Positions 9,280 through 18,586 are shown, counted from the first letter of the stretch. The stretch is DNA of 64,000 bases from Bacteroidota bacterium (GCA_016193485.1 JACPRZ010000063.1:128156-192155); one strand, 5' to 3'. Notes: a model not told the origin generated them from the letters alone. Program-made: numbers and translations.

Positions 9280-10350
9280 TTAATTGACCTTCGCGGAATA
9301 AACTATCGCGTCCACCTGCCGCAGGTACTCCCGCTTATCATATTTTGGAGCGAAAACGAAACCTTCAATGCAGATAAGACGCTTCTTTTGCCGGTCCGAA
9401 AGAAATAGGGCAACAAACGGTCCCCCCATAAAATCGTTCTGAACCTGCCATAAGCCGCGTATTTCAAGTGCCGGAAAACGACCGTGATGTATTTCTGTTT
9501 TTACCAGTGGGAAATCCGACATCGTCATCATATAAGAACCGGCAGATGGACCCGGTACATTTATTTTACAAACCGAATCGCGTATGGATCGCAGGCGGTT
9601 ATCGCCAGTGAAAACAGAATCGGTATAGGGAACGGAATAAATTAAAATTCCCTGGATGGTTTCTTCCGTTTCCCGCTGCAGCCAGGTAAAATTATTTGTG
9701 TTACGCATTGATTTATATCCTTTCGGAACCGTAAGCGAAATTCCCTGCGTTGATGAGATTTCCTGCATTACGGTTTTATCTGCAAGTTTTGAATAATTGG
9801 CGATCATCCTGCTTCTTTCGGATTTGCGGAAGAAATCAGTGATCAGGGAACAATTGTTTTTAAGAAAGCGGTCCATATCCTGATTTCTGCTAAGCGTAAG
9901 TTCCATTGAGACCTGTTCTTTCGACCAGGCGCCATGCCGGCTTATAAATGAATCCTTGCCGGACGTATCGCTGGAACGGATAATAAAAACATTCCTGTGG
10001 GTCTTAAATATACCTTTAAAAGCAGGGGGGGGAATTTGCACCAGCGTAAACATTGGCTCCGGCTGCGGCAAGGCAGGATGTTCTGCAGCAAGACATAAAC
10101 GCAGAGCATTGCCCGGTTTTCCAGTCCAGCCGTTTTCCGGCATCACAATAATAATTTCACCCGTTTTACCTGTGCTGCCGGGTAAAGCAATCCTGTTGCC
10201 GGAATCATTGCAGGAGGCGAACAGCGTCAGGAGTAAAATGCACAGCGATATGAGAATTTTATTAAATCCTCTCTCCCCCTCCCCCCGATAGATATCGGGG
10301 CTATCGGGATCAAAGGGGGAACAAAACCGGTTTTCATCTTTTTGCTTCAT
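9280..10350 (-). CDS. DUF4837-like lipoprotein. Its N-terminal region contains a translated copy of the CCCCGATAGATATCGGGG palindrome.
   Basis: Lipoprotein-type signal (...ILISLCILLLTLFASC). The ATG at 10350 overlaps the ispG stop in an ATGA arrangement. Residues DPDSPDIYRGEGE are encoded by the palindromic element at 10283..10311. Confidence 0.5.
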   Translation of the reverse strand: MKQKDENRFCSPFDPDSPDIYRGEGERGFNKILISLCILLLTLFASCNDSGNRIALPGSTGKTGEIIIVMPENGWTGKPGNALRLCLAAEHPALPQPEPMFTLVQIPPPAFKGIFKTHRNVFIIRSSDTSGKDSFISRHGAWSKEQVSMELTLSRNQDMDRFLKNNCSLITDFFRKSERSRMIANYSKLADKTVMQEISSTQGISLTVPKGYKSMRNTNNFTWLQRETEETIQGILIYSVPYTDSVFTGDNRLRSIRDSVCKINVPGPSAGSYMMTMSDFPLVKTEIHHGRFPALEIRGLWQVQNDFMGGPFVALFLSDRQKKRLICIEGFVFAPKYDKREYLRQVDAIVYSAKVN

Positions 10351-12314
10351 TCCTGCGGTTCTTTCCAATCGCCATGTTTTTTTATCAGTTCAATCAAAGC
10401 AGGTAACGCATCATCCTCGTTTATGTTTCTCTCAACGATTTCCTTTCCTTTATACAGCGTTATTTTTCCCGGGCCAGTTCCCACATATCCGTAATCGGCA
10501 TCGGCCATTTCACCGGGACCGTTTACAATACATCCCATCACTGCAATTTTAACGCCTTTCAGGTGCGAGGTACGCAGTTTAATTATTTGGGTTGTCTCCT
10601 GCAGGTTGAAAAGGGTTCTGCCGCAGGATGGACAAGCAATATAATCGGTTCGGGATATACGGGTTCGCGTTGCCTGTAATATTGAAAAAGAGAGGGCTGT
10701 AATATCCTGCAACGGATAATTGCCGGTTAACCAAACTCCGTCACTTAACCCGTCCAGCAATAAACCGCCAGCATCGGTTGAAGCATGCAGGCAGAAAACA
10801 TCAACGGTAATTTCCGGGTAATTCCTTTTAAGGATGACCGGTGCGCAGCATTTGTTTTCAGTCAGCAGTGCGAACATCGTTCTCATAGCCGTCAGCGGAA
10901 ATTCGCTTTTACTTACAAAAACCAAAATCGCTGATGGAACCAATTTGATTTTCCGGATAAAATCCTCATTCATATCATCAACAGAAACCGAAATAAAATT
11001 CATTTTATCAGAAATTTGCCCTGCCCACATAAAATCACCCGCTGAAAAAAGCGGGAAAACATTCTGTTTATCAAATTCTTTTATCCAGGAAGGCGCATCA
11101 ATCATAAACCCTGCACCGGAAGGGGGGGGAAAATCAATTTTATTTTTACCCAGGTAAATGTAATCGCAGGCGGCTTCCGCTGCTTTCCATTTTCTATCAT
11201 TCACTGACCATACATGTCCTGCGCTGAACAGGGATTTTTCTGTAATTTTTCCTATCCGGCTGAAATCGGCAACTACCACCGGGACATTCTTCCCACCGAT
11301 ATTTTTCACCTGGCCGCTCACCCGCTTTTCTTTACAGCGCTCACCTCCTCCTGAAATAGTTACTTTGCCGTTATCCTGCGAACCTGAATTATTCCTGCCT
11401 TCCTTACACGCAGGGAATATCGCATTTCTCCTGTTTTCGTATCTTTTTGCGAGCGCAATTGCCGCAGGGATTTCGGCTTCCGGCTCTTCCGCCAGCGAAA
11501 TCCGGATAGTATCACCGATACCTTCTTCAAGAAGTGTTCCGATACCTGCTGCAGATTTTACACGGGCGTCAAGCCCTTCGCCTGCTTCGGTAACGCCAAG
11601 GTGAACCGGATAGTTTCGGTTTGTTTTTATCATCTCATCAACAAGCAGCCGGTACGCCTGAACCATCACGATGGGATTGCTCGCTTTCATGGAAAGAACG
11701 ATGCTGTCGTATCCTTCGTTTTCGCAGATGCGCACAAATTCCATTGCCGATTCAACCATCCCTGCGGGTGTATCGCCATAGCGGTTCATGATGCGGTCGG
11801 AAAGAGAACCATGATTGGTTCCGATGCGCATGGCCGTGCCGTATTCTTTGCAGATTTTTACTAGCGGAAGGAATTTTTCACGGATGCGGTCCAGTTCAGC
11901 AGCGTATTCGGAATCGGAATATTCCCGCTGAGCGAATTTTTTCTTATCGGCAAAATTGCCGGGATTGATGCGTACTTTTTCAACAATACGGGCAGCGGCT
12001 TCTGCCGCATTTGGTGTAAAATGAATATCGGCTATCAGGGGGGCGGTAAAGCCGCGCGCATGAAGTTCTTTCCGGATGATTGCAAGGTTTTCGGCTTCTT
12101 TTATGCTTGGAGCCGTGATGCGCACATAGTCGGCACCGGCTTTTATTATCCGTATTGCCTGTTCCACCGTTCCCTTTGCATCCATTGTATCCGTAGTAGT
12201 CATTGACTGTATGCGGATGGGGTTATCACCACCTAAAGGAACATCGCCTACCGCTACGACACGTGTCCGGAAACGGTAAAGGGTTTTAGTGTCAAAGGAA
12301 ACGGTTTTTTCCAT
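10347..12314 (-). CDS. ispG: 4-hydroxy-3-methylbut-2-en-1-yl diphosphate synthase (flavodoxin), long Bacteroidota-type form with an inserted domain
   Basis: 655 aa. N-terminal TIM-barrel motifs (RITAPS, GVTEAGEG) and the C-terminal CPSCGRT 4Fe-4S motif. Confidence 0.9.
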   Translation of the reverse strand: MEKTVSFDTKTLYRFRTRVVAVGDVPLGGDNPIRIQSMTTTDTMDAKGTVEQAIRIIKAGADYVRITAPSIKEAENLAIIRKELHARGFTAPLIADIHFTPNAAEAAARIVEKVRINPGNFADKKKFAQREYSDSEYAAELDRIREKFLPLVKICKEYGTAMRIGTNHGSLSDRIMNRYGDTPAGMVESAMEFVRICENEGYDSIVLSMKASNPIVMVQAYRLLVDEMIKTNRNYPVHLGVTEAGEGLDARVKSAAGIGTLLEEGIGDTIRISLAEEPEAEIPAAIALAKRYENRRNAIFPACKEGRNNSGSQDNGKVTISGGGERCKEKRVSGQVKNIGGKNVPVVVADFSRIGKITEKSLFSAGHVWSVNDRKWKAAEAACDYIYLGKNKIDFPPPSGAGFMIDAPSWIKEFDKQNVFPLFSAGDFMWAGQISDKMNFISVSVDDMNEDFIRKIKLVPSAILVFVSKSEFPLTAMRTMFALLTENKCCAPVILKRNYPEITVDVFCLHASTDAGGLLLDGLSDGVWLTGNYPLQDITALSFSILQATRTRISRTDYIACPSCGRTLFNLQETTQIIKLRTSHLKGVKIAVMGCIVNGPGEMADADYGYVGTGPGKITLYKGKEIVERNINEDDALPALIELIKKHGDWKEPQE

Positions 12315-12359
12315 CGGGACAGGTTACAATGCACAGGGAGAATACCTGATCTGAATTTG

Positions 12360-12432
12360 TGGGCCCACAGGGATTTGAACCCCGGACCAACGGATTATGA
12401 GTCCGCTGCTCTGACCGCTGAGCTATGGGCCC
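12360..12432 (-). tRNA. tRNA with CAT anticodon, elongator Met-type, or possibly Ile2 after lysidine modification
   Basis: Reverse complement GGGCCCATAGCTCAGCGGTCAGAGCAGCGGACTCATAATCCGTTGGTCCGGGGTTCAAATCCCTGTGGGCCC folds as a cloverleaf with a 7-bp acceptor stem, D, anticodon (loop CTCATAA) and T arms, and discriminator A. G1-C72 is paired and there is no GGG/CCC anticodon stem, so it is not an initiator tRNA. Confidence 0.85.
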
Positions 12433-12656
12433 GTTTCAAATATGGTAATTTATTTATATCTTTCTTTGAGTAAATCAGAAATATCAGGAAAAAGTTTCAG
12501 ATTCCTGATATATTTTGTGCTCTTCATGTTTTTAATGTGTTTTTCTATTGCCCTTGCCTGTAATATAGTACTGCACCTGATTATGAAATAAATATTCCAG
12601 TCGTTTACTAATGAAGTAAAATGTTTTGTTACTACTCAGCATCCCAGGAATTTCAT

Positions 12657-12729
12657 GCCACAAAATCACTAAAACACAAAATTTCACTAAATTTTTTTGT
12701 GTTTTTTGGTGCTTTTGTGACTTTGTGGC
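12657..12729. repeat. 73-bp imperfect palindrome (long hairpin)
   Basis: gccacaaaatcactaaaacacaaaatttcac...gtgttttttggtgcttttgtgactttgtggc has arms that are reverse complements with a few mismatches. Confidence 0.7.
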
Positions 12730-12854
12730 AGAAATTTTTATGTTTTCGGATACCCACCTGAATAGGTTTCAGTTGTGCTTCCCACATAATATTTGTTGAG
12801 GTGTTTGCTAAATAATATGTAACAATACGCCATTTATTCAAAACGTCTTTTAAT

Positions 12855-12950
12855 GAACCCCGGACCAACGGCCCCGATAGATATCGGGGGAGTCCGCTGC
12901 TATGACCGTCCCGATGGCCCCGATGGCTATCGGGGGGACTATGGGCCCCT
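12855..12950 (-). pseudogene. Decayed second copy of the tRNA(CAT) gene, 5' two-thirds, disrupted by two insertions of CCCCGAT..ATCGGGG palindromes
   Basis: tgaaccccggaccaacgg / gagtccgctgct / tgaccg / ctatgggccc blocks are collinear and identical to the intact tRNA at 12360..12432. They are interrupted at 12872..12889 (ccccgatagatatcgggg, replacing the anticodon-loop bases) and at 12911..12937 (tcccgatggccccgatggctatcgggggg). Confidence 0.7.
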
Positions 12951-12997
12951 GGTGATAAGTAACGATTTCTACATTTGCCCCTGCAAATTTAACAACC

Positions 12998-13609
12998 TTG
13001 TGCATACCGCCCGATACCCGTAATATTATCTTCGACCTTGGTGTGGTTCTTATGGATATTCATCCTGAAAGAACCGAAAGCGCTTTCAGAACGCTCGGAT
13101 TGAAAAATTCCGGTTCCTTTCTTTTTCAACCGGGTAAAGAAAACCTCTTTACGGAGATGGAACTCGGCAGGGTTTCACCCGCTGGATTCCGCAACCAATT
13201 AAAAAAGTTTCTGCCGGCAAGTGTATTCGGTTTGGAAATTGACAGTGCGTGGAATGCAATGCTCGGAGAAATACCTGCTGAAAAGATGAAAATGCTTATT
13301 ACATTTTCCGCTCATTACCGCCTTTTTTTATTGAGCAACACCAACGAGATACACCTTAACGCAATCTCAATTTACCTGGACCAGCGATATGGCGTAAAAA
13401 ACCTTCATCATATTTTTGAGAAAGAATACTACTCCTGCCGCCTCGGTTTGCGTAAACCCGATGAAAAAATATTTAACTATGTTTTATCCGTAAACCACCT
13501 CAACCCGGCCGAGACGCTCTTTATTGACGATTCACCGGAAAATGTTGCTGCAGCGGCCAGAGTTGGAATTAAAGCGATCCGCTATTCCTTCGGGATGGTA
13601 TTTGATTAA
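12998..13609 (+). CDS. HAD-family hydrolase
   Basis: N-terminal IIFDLGVVL (DxG motif I) and C-terminal LFIDDSPENVAAA (motif IV). Confidence 0.7.
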   Translation: MCIPPDTRNIIFDLGVVLMDIHPERTESAFRTLGLKNSGSFLFQPGKENLFTEMELGRVSPAGFRNQLKKFLPASVFGLEIDSAWNAMLGEIPAEKMKMLITFSAHYRLFLLSNTNEIHLNAISIYLDQRYGVKNLHHIFEKEYYSCRLGLRKPDEKIFNYVLSVNHLNPAETLFIDDSPENVAAAARVGIKAIRYSFGMVFD

Positions 13610-13681
13610 AGTTGGCAAAGATTGTTGTGTTCTTTGCAATAAACAAATTCAAGCCGATCCTTATTCCCTATTCCTTATACC

Positions 13682-15448
13682 TTACTTCCCCTCCTCAATA
13701 TGTTTTACCTTCAACTGTATTTCATCATATCCCTGCCAGTTGTTTACATCAATGTAATAGGTAATATTAAAGGGCTGGCCCGATTTTACTATGTTAAATG
13801 ATCCGGCCTGGTCAAAGGCGATACAGTCAAACCGCAGTGCCGGACGGACTGGCTCAAAGACCTTTAATTTCAGGTGACCGTTGCCGACAATACGTGAATA
13901 CCCGGTATCAAATACACCTTTTGTTTCAAATACAGGTCGCATGTTGCCGGGCCCGTAAGGAGCAAACAAATCAATCCACCGGAATAGTTCAGTTGATATT
14001 TCAGCGTAAGAAATTTCAGCATCAATATCAATCCTTGGAACGAGCATCTCATCTGAGATCAACCCGGTTACAATCTCATCGAATTTTTTACGGAATTCAT
14101 CAATATTTTCCGTTTTGATAGTAAGTCCTGCTGCATATTTATGACCTCCGAACTGTTCCAGAAGGTTGCTGCATGATTCAATAGCGGAATATATATCGAA
14201 GTCGCGTACCGACCTGGCCGATCCTGCGGCAATTCCGTTTGATTTAGTAAGCAGAATTGTGGGGCGGTAGAATTTCTCCTGGATTCGCGATGCCACGATA
14301 CCGATTACCCCTTTATGCCATCCCGGATTAAACAGAACCGTTGACTTTGCATTGAGCAGCCAATCATCCGATTCTATCATGCCGATGGCTTCAATGGTGG
14401 TACGTGCGTCAATATCCTTTCGCGTGGAATTGTCATCGTTAAGTTCTTTTGCAAGCGGTGCAGCATCTTCATAAGTTACTGCCGTAAGGAGTTCAACGGA
14501 TTTGCGGCCTGAATCAATCCGTCCGGCAGCATTGATCCTTGGCGCTATCACAAAAACAATTTCACCGGTAGATACTTTCCGGTTCAGCCCGCCAACATCC
14601 ATCAGCGCTTTGATACCGGGACGCGGCTTCGTATTGATCCGGTTGATTCCTTCGGCAAGAAGAATACGGTTTTCACCGGTAACCGGGACAATATCTGCCG
14701 CTACGCTGAGGGCTACAAGGTCAAGTGCCGGATCGAGCAGGGAAAGAGGGAGGTTCTGCTTTGCAAGGATGGCTTGAGCAAATTTATAGGCGATTCCGCA
14801 ACCCGTAAGTTCTTTATAGGGATATAAACAGTTTTTCTGCTTCGGGTCAAGTATGGCCGATGCGGCAGGGATATCATCTCCGGGTAAATGGTGATCGCAG
14901 ATAATAAAGTCAATCCCTTTTGACCGGGCATATTTTATTTTATCGGCTGATTTAATTCCGCAGTCAATCGCAATTATAAGAGAAAATCTGTTTTCAGCGG
15001 CATAATCAATTCCTTTAATTGAAATGCCATAGCCCTCGCTGTAGCGATCAGGTATATAAAAACTGCAATCGGGCTTTTTACCGTCCGCATTAGGAAAATG
15101 ATTTTTTAAAAAAGAATAAAAGAGTGAGACCCCGGTGGTACCATCCACATCATAATCACCGAAGACCATGATCTTTTCCCCGGCTGAAACAGCCAGATCA
15201 ATCCGTGCAACGGCTTTTTCCATATCCTTCATAAGGAAAGGATTATGGAGATTTTCAAGGGAAGGATTAATGAATTTTTCAACTTCGCCCGGAGTTGATA
15301 TACCCCGCTGTAAAAGCAGGCGGGCTACCAACGGTTCGGTAGAAATCTCTCTTGCCAGGGAGATAATTGCGTTGGAGCCGGCATCGGGCTTAATGTATTT
15401 GCGGATATTCATAAATGCTGGTAATGAAAAAATTGAGGTAACGGGCAA
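13682..15448 (-). CDS. recJ: single-stranded-DNA-specific exonuclease RecJ
   Basis: 588 aa with DHH motifs (FGDYDVDG, ICDHH) and a DHHA1 domain. Confidence 0.9.
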   Translation of the reverse strand: MPVTSIFSLPAFMNIRKYIKPDAGSNAIISLAREISTEPLVARLLLQRGISTPGEVEKFINPSLENLHNPFLMKDMEKAVARIDLAVSAGEKIMVFGDYDVDGTTGVSLFYSFLKNHFPNADGKKPDCSFYIPDRYSEGYGISIKGIDYAAENRFSLIIAIDCGIKSADKIKYARSKGIDFIICDHHLPGDDIPAASAILDPKQKNCLYPYKELTGCGIAYKFAQAILAKQNLPLSLLDPALDLVALSVAADIVPVTGENRILLAEGINRINTKPRPGIKALMDVGGLNRKVSTGEIVFVIAPRINAAGRIDSGRKSVELLTAVTYEDAAPLAKELNDDNSTRKDIDARTTIEAIGMIESDDWLLNAKSTVLFNPGWHKGVIGIVASRIQEKFYRPTILLTKSNGIAAGSARSVRDFDIYSAIESCSNLLEQFGGHKYAAGLTIKTENIDEFRKKFDEIVTGLISDEMLVPRIDIDAEISYAEISTELFRWIDLFAPYGPGNMRPVFETKGVFDTGYSRIVGNGHLKLKVFEPVRPALRFDCIAFDQAGSFNIVKSGQPFNITYYIDVNNWQGYDEIQLKVKHIEEGK

Positions 15449-15549
15449 AGATGAGAAAAAAATAGCGGTCGTATAATAATTTTTCTTTTCTTTGCACCGT
15501 AAATAAAAATAGGGATATGAAAACGCGGTTCATAGGTTGAATTCAACAG

Positions 15550-15580
15550 TTTGTTCTGTTTATCATATCTTTGCTAAATT
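15550..15580 (+). promoter_or_regulatory. Candidate Bacteroidota sigma-A promoter for acpP, with a -7 TAtcTTTG box at 15566..15573
   Basis: The TAnnTTTG consensus lies about 28 nt upstream of the acpP ATG. The -33 TTTG spacing is imperfect. Confidence 0.25.
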
Positions 15581-15601
15581 ATTAACCTTAATTTTTCTTT
15601 T

Positions 15602-15841
15602 ATGTCAGACATAGCATCCCGTGTAAAAGCCATTATCGTGGATAAACTTGGAGTAAGCGAAAAAGAGGTGACCAACGAAGCCAGTTTCACCAACGACCTG
15701 GGAGCCGATTCGCTCGATACGGTGGAATTAATCATGGAATTTGAGAAGGAATTCAACATTGCTATTCCTGACGACCAGGCCGAAAAAATCCGCACCGTTG
15801 GGGAAGCCATCGCCTACATTGAACAGCAAGCCAGCAAGTAA
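15602..15841 (+). CDS. acpP: acyl carrier protein
   Basis: 79 aa with the [12 protein letters not shown] phosphopantetheine-attachment motif. Confidence 0.95.
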   Translation: MSDIASRVKAIIVDKLGVSEKEVTNEASFTNDLGADSLDTVELIMEFEKEFNIAIPDDQAEKIRTVGEAIAYIEQQASK

Positions 15842-15959
15842 CCGGACAATCTATTATTTTTCTTCTAATCCAAACCACATTGGGTTTTGGGTATACGCTC
15901 CCTATGGAAAGGGACTGCAAAATCATTCAGTATAAGTATAATTCACAAACCCCACGTAC

Positions 15960-17216
15960 ATGGAGCTAAGGCGTGTTGTAGTCACCGGTCTTGGCGCCAT
16001 TACCCCGGTCGGCAATAGTGCAAAAGATTTTTTTGATAATCTCCTTTCCGGGATAAGCGGAGCGGGTCCCATTACTGCATTTGACAGTTCAAAGTTTAAA
16101 ACGAAATTTGCCTGTGAAGTAAAAAACTTCAACCCGGAAGATCATTTTGACCGGAAGGAAGCGCGCAAACTGGATCGCTATGCCCACTTTGCCCTGGTCG
16201 CTGCTGACGATGCGATAAAGGACTCCGCCATTGATTGCAAAGCGGTAAATACCGACAGGGTCGGAGTGATTATGGGAGTCGGTATTGGAGGCCTTAACAC
16301 ATTCTATTCTGAAGTTGCCGATTTTGCACGCGGGGATGGAACTCCCAGGTTTAACCCGTTTTTTATACCGAAAATGATTGCGGATATTGCCGCAGGACAT
16401 ATATCCATCAAATACGGTTTCAGGGGTCCTAACTATACAACGGTATCGGCATGCGCATCTTCAACACATGCCATCATAGATGCTTTTAATGCAATCCGGC
16501 TGGGCAAGGCGGATATTATTATTGCAGGTGGAGCGGAAGCGGCAGTTACCCAGGCAGGGCTCGGGGGCTTTAACGCCATGAAAGCGCTATCGGAAAGAAA
16601 TGACGATCCGCAAACGGCATCACGTCCCTTTGACAAAGACCGTGACGGATTTGTTCTTGGTGAAGGTGCCGGAATGCTTGTGCTTGAAGAAAAGGAACAC
16701 GCCATCCGCAGAAATGCGCGCATTTATGCGGAACTTTCAGGAGGAGGTATGTCGGCCGATGCGCACCATATTACCGCACCTCACCCCGATGGACTGGGCG
16801 CTGTTTTATCCATGAAAGTTGCCATGGAAGATGCAGTGATGAACCCTTCCGATATCGCTTACATTAATGTTCACGGAACCTCTACGCCTCTTGGAGATGT
16901 TTCTGAACTGAAAGCGATACAACAATATTTTGGAGAACATGCTTTCCGGATGAACATCAGTTCAACTAAATCCATGACCGGGCACCTGCTTGGCGCTGCT
17001 GGCGCAATTGAAGCCATCGCTTCAATTTTCGCTGTTTACAAAGATGTCATTCCGCCAACCATAAACCATTTCACCGATGACCCGGAAATTGATCCACGGT
17101 TTAATCTCACCTTTAACAAAAAACAAAACCGGACGGTAGAAGCAGCCCTCAGCAACACATTCGGTTTCGGAGGACATAACGCCACGGTCATCTTTAAAAA
17201 ATTTTCAACTACTTAA
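15960..17216 (+). CDS. fabF: beta-ketoacyl-ACP synthase II
   Basis: 418 aa with the active-site Cys in VSACASS, HxTxP and NxHGTST motifs, and a GHxxGAAG C-terminal block. Confidence 0.9.
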   Translation: MELRRVVVTGLGAITPVGNSAKDFFDNLLSGISGAGPITAFDSSKFKTKFACEVKNFNPEDHFDRKEARKLDRYAHFALVAADDAIKDSAIDCKAVNTDRVGVIMGVGIGGLNTFYSEVADFARGDGTPRFNPFFIPKMIADIAAGHISIKYGFRGPNYTTVSACASSTHAIIDAFNAIRLGKADIIIAGGAEAAVTQAGLGGFNAMKALSERNDDPQTASRPFDKDRDGFVLGEGAGMLVLEEKEHAIRRNARIYAELSGGGMSADAHHITAPHPDGLGAVLSMKVAMEDAVMNPSDIAYINVHGTSTPLGDVSELKAIQQYFGEHAFRMNISSTKSMTGHLLGAAGAIEAIASIFAVYKDVIPPTINHFTDDPEIDPRFNLTFNKKQNRTVEAALSNTFGFGGHNATVIFKKFSTT

Positions 17217-17233
17217 CAACTATCAAAAATGGC

Positions 17234-17675
17234 ATCTCGCAAAGTCGCAAAGTCCGCAAAGTATGAGAACTGAAAATGAAATTTCAAAAATTTTAGTGAA
17301 TATCTTTCTCAAAGTTCACCGGACACCTGGACCTGGTTTGCTTGAATCTGTTTATGAAGCCGCTATATGCTATGAATTGGAAAAATTGGGAATTCCATTC
17401 AAAAGACAACAGGGCATTGAAGTGTACTATGACCATGTGAAAATGGAGTTGGGTTTCAGGGCAGATATTGTGGTTGATGGAAAAGTAATTGTAGAAATAA
17501 AATCTGTTGATACTCTTACGGATGTCCATTATAAAGTATTGCTGACTTATTTAAGATTAACTAATTTGAAATTAGGATTGCTTGTCAATTTTAATGTCAC
17601 TTTAATAAAGAATGGAATAACAAGAATCGTTAATAATCTGTAATTCTTCGCGTGCTTTGCGTCTTTGCGAGAGAA
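17234..17675 (+). mobile_element. MITE-like cassette consisting of the GxxExxY gene bounded by ~19-bp terminal inverted repeats built from CGCAAAG units
   Basis: Left end tctcgcaaagtcgcaaagtccgcaaag (17234..). Right end ctttgcgtctttgcgagag (17657..17675), whose reverse complement is ctctcgcaaagacgcaaag. A further copy, atttgcgagaca, lies at 17680. The cassette sits between fabF and rnc. Confidence 0.4.
17263..17643 (+). CDS. GxxExxY protein (PD-(D/E)xK nuclease-like)
   Basis: 126 aa with the GLLESVYEAAICYEL and DIVVDGKVIVEIKSV motifs that define the GxxExxY family. Confidence 0.8.
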   Translation: MRTENEISKILVNIFLKVHRTPGPGLLESVYEAAICYELEKLGIPFKRQQGIEVYYDHVKMELGFRADIVVDGKVIVEIKSVDTLTDVHYKVLLTYLRLTNLKLGLLVNFNVTLIKNGITRIVNNL

Positions 17676-17732
17676 AATATTTGCGAGACATAATGCGCAC
17701 CTGAGTAACAAAAATTTAAAGGGTAGTTTTTT

Positions 17733-18470
17733 ATGTCCGTCATCCCGCTTGGAGGTTATTTCAGGCACTTTTTCTCATCCGATAAAGATTTTACCAGAAC
17801 CATAAAGCATATTACGGGTTTTTATCCTTCCAATATTCATGTATACAAACTCGCTTTCATTCATAAATCGTCAGCCGGTGAAGCGAAGGAAGGATATTTT
17901 CATTGCAACGAGCGGCTTGAATTTTTAGGCGATGCGGTTCTGAATACCGTCATTGCGGCATTCCTTTTTAAAAAATTTCCCTATGAAAGCGAGGGATTTC
18001 TCACCCAGGCGCGGTCAAAGATTGTCAGCCGGAACAGTTTAAACGAAATCGCACGGCTTCTCGATATTGTACAGATTATCCGGTATAATCCCGGCAGCAC
18101 CGGAGACACTGAAACGATTCTTGGAAACGCATTTGAAGCCCTTATAGGAGCCATTTATATTGATAAGGGATTTGAAATGACAAAGAAATTTATTGTCAAC
18201 CGTCTTTTGGGGGAGTTTATAGACCTCGATGAAGTCCTTGCCCGCGAGACCGACTTCAAAAGCAAACTGATCAACTGGGCCCAGAAGGAAAGGAAACCCG
18301 TTGTTTTTACGGTACTTAAAGAAACCGATAAAGGACCCCGCAGGGAATTTATAATAGAAGTAAGAGTAGATAATACAGTGGCGGGAAAAGGCATCGCGTT
18401 TTCAAAAAAAGCCGCTGAACAGAAAGCATCTGAAGAAGCGTGTGCAAAGTTGAAACACTTGATGGAGTAG
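17733..18470 (+). CDS. rnc: ribonuclease III
   Basis: RNase III signature ERLEFLGDAVL and a C-terminal dsRBD. Confidence 0.9.
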   Translation: MSVIPLGGYFRHFFSSDKDFTRTIKHITGFYPSNIHVYKLAFIHKSSAGEAKEGYFHCNERLEFLGDAVLNTVIAAFLFKKFPYESEGFLTQARSKIVSRNSLNEIARLLDIVQIIRYNPGSTGDTETILGNAFEALIGAIYIDKGFEMTKKFIVNRLLGEFIDLDEVLARETDFKSKLINWAQKERKPVVFTVLKETDKGPRREFIIEVRVDNTVAGKGIAFSKKAAEQKASEEACAKLKHLME

Positions 18471-18586
18471 GAAGGAGACGGGGAGACAGGGTGCAGTTGG
18501 CAATGGGCAGAAGACAGCAGACAATAAACAATAGCAACAGGAAGTATTATACTGTGCATGGTGTAAATTTCCACATTCATTACCCC

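Noticed and set aside
9280-10368. The upstream start MERTAGM... at 10368 for the DUF4837 gene.
   Set aside because: It would overlap ispG by 22 nt. The ATG at 10350 gives a classic ATGA stop/start overlap with ispG.
12653-12868. 71-aa minus-strand ORF in the tRNA-adjacent non-coding region.
   Set aside because: It spans the long palindrome and low-complexity AT-rich DNA, shows no homology signal, and overlaps the tRNA-derived fragment.
12360-12950. The tRNA plus its partial direct repeat, considered as attL/attR of an integrated element.
   Set aside because: There is no integrase, phage or ICE gene anywhere between or beside the copies. The duplicated segment is the 5' part of the tRNA rather than the 3' end used by tyrosine integrases, and only 430 bp of non-coding DNA lies between them. 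A decayed tandem tRNA copy fits better.
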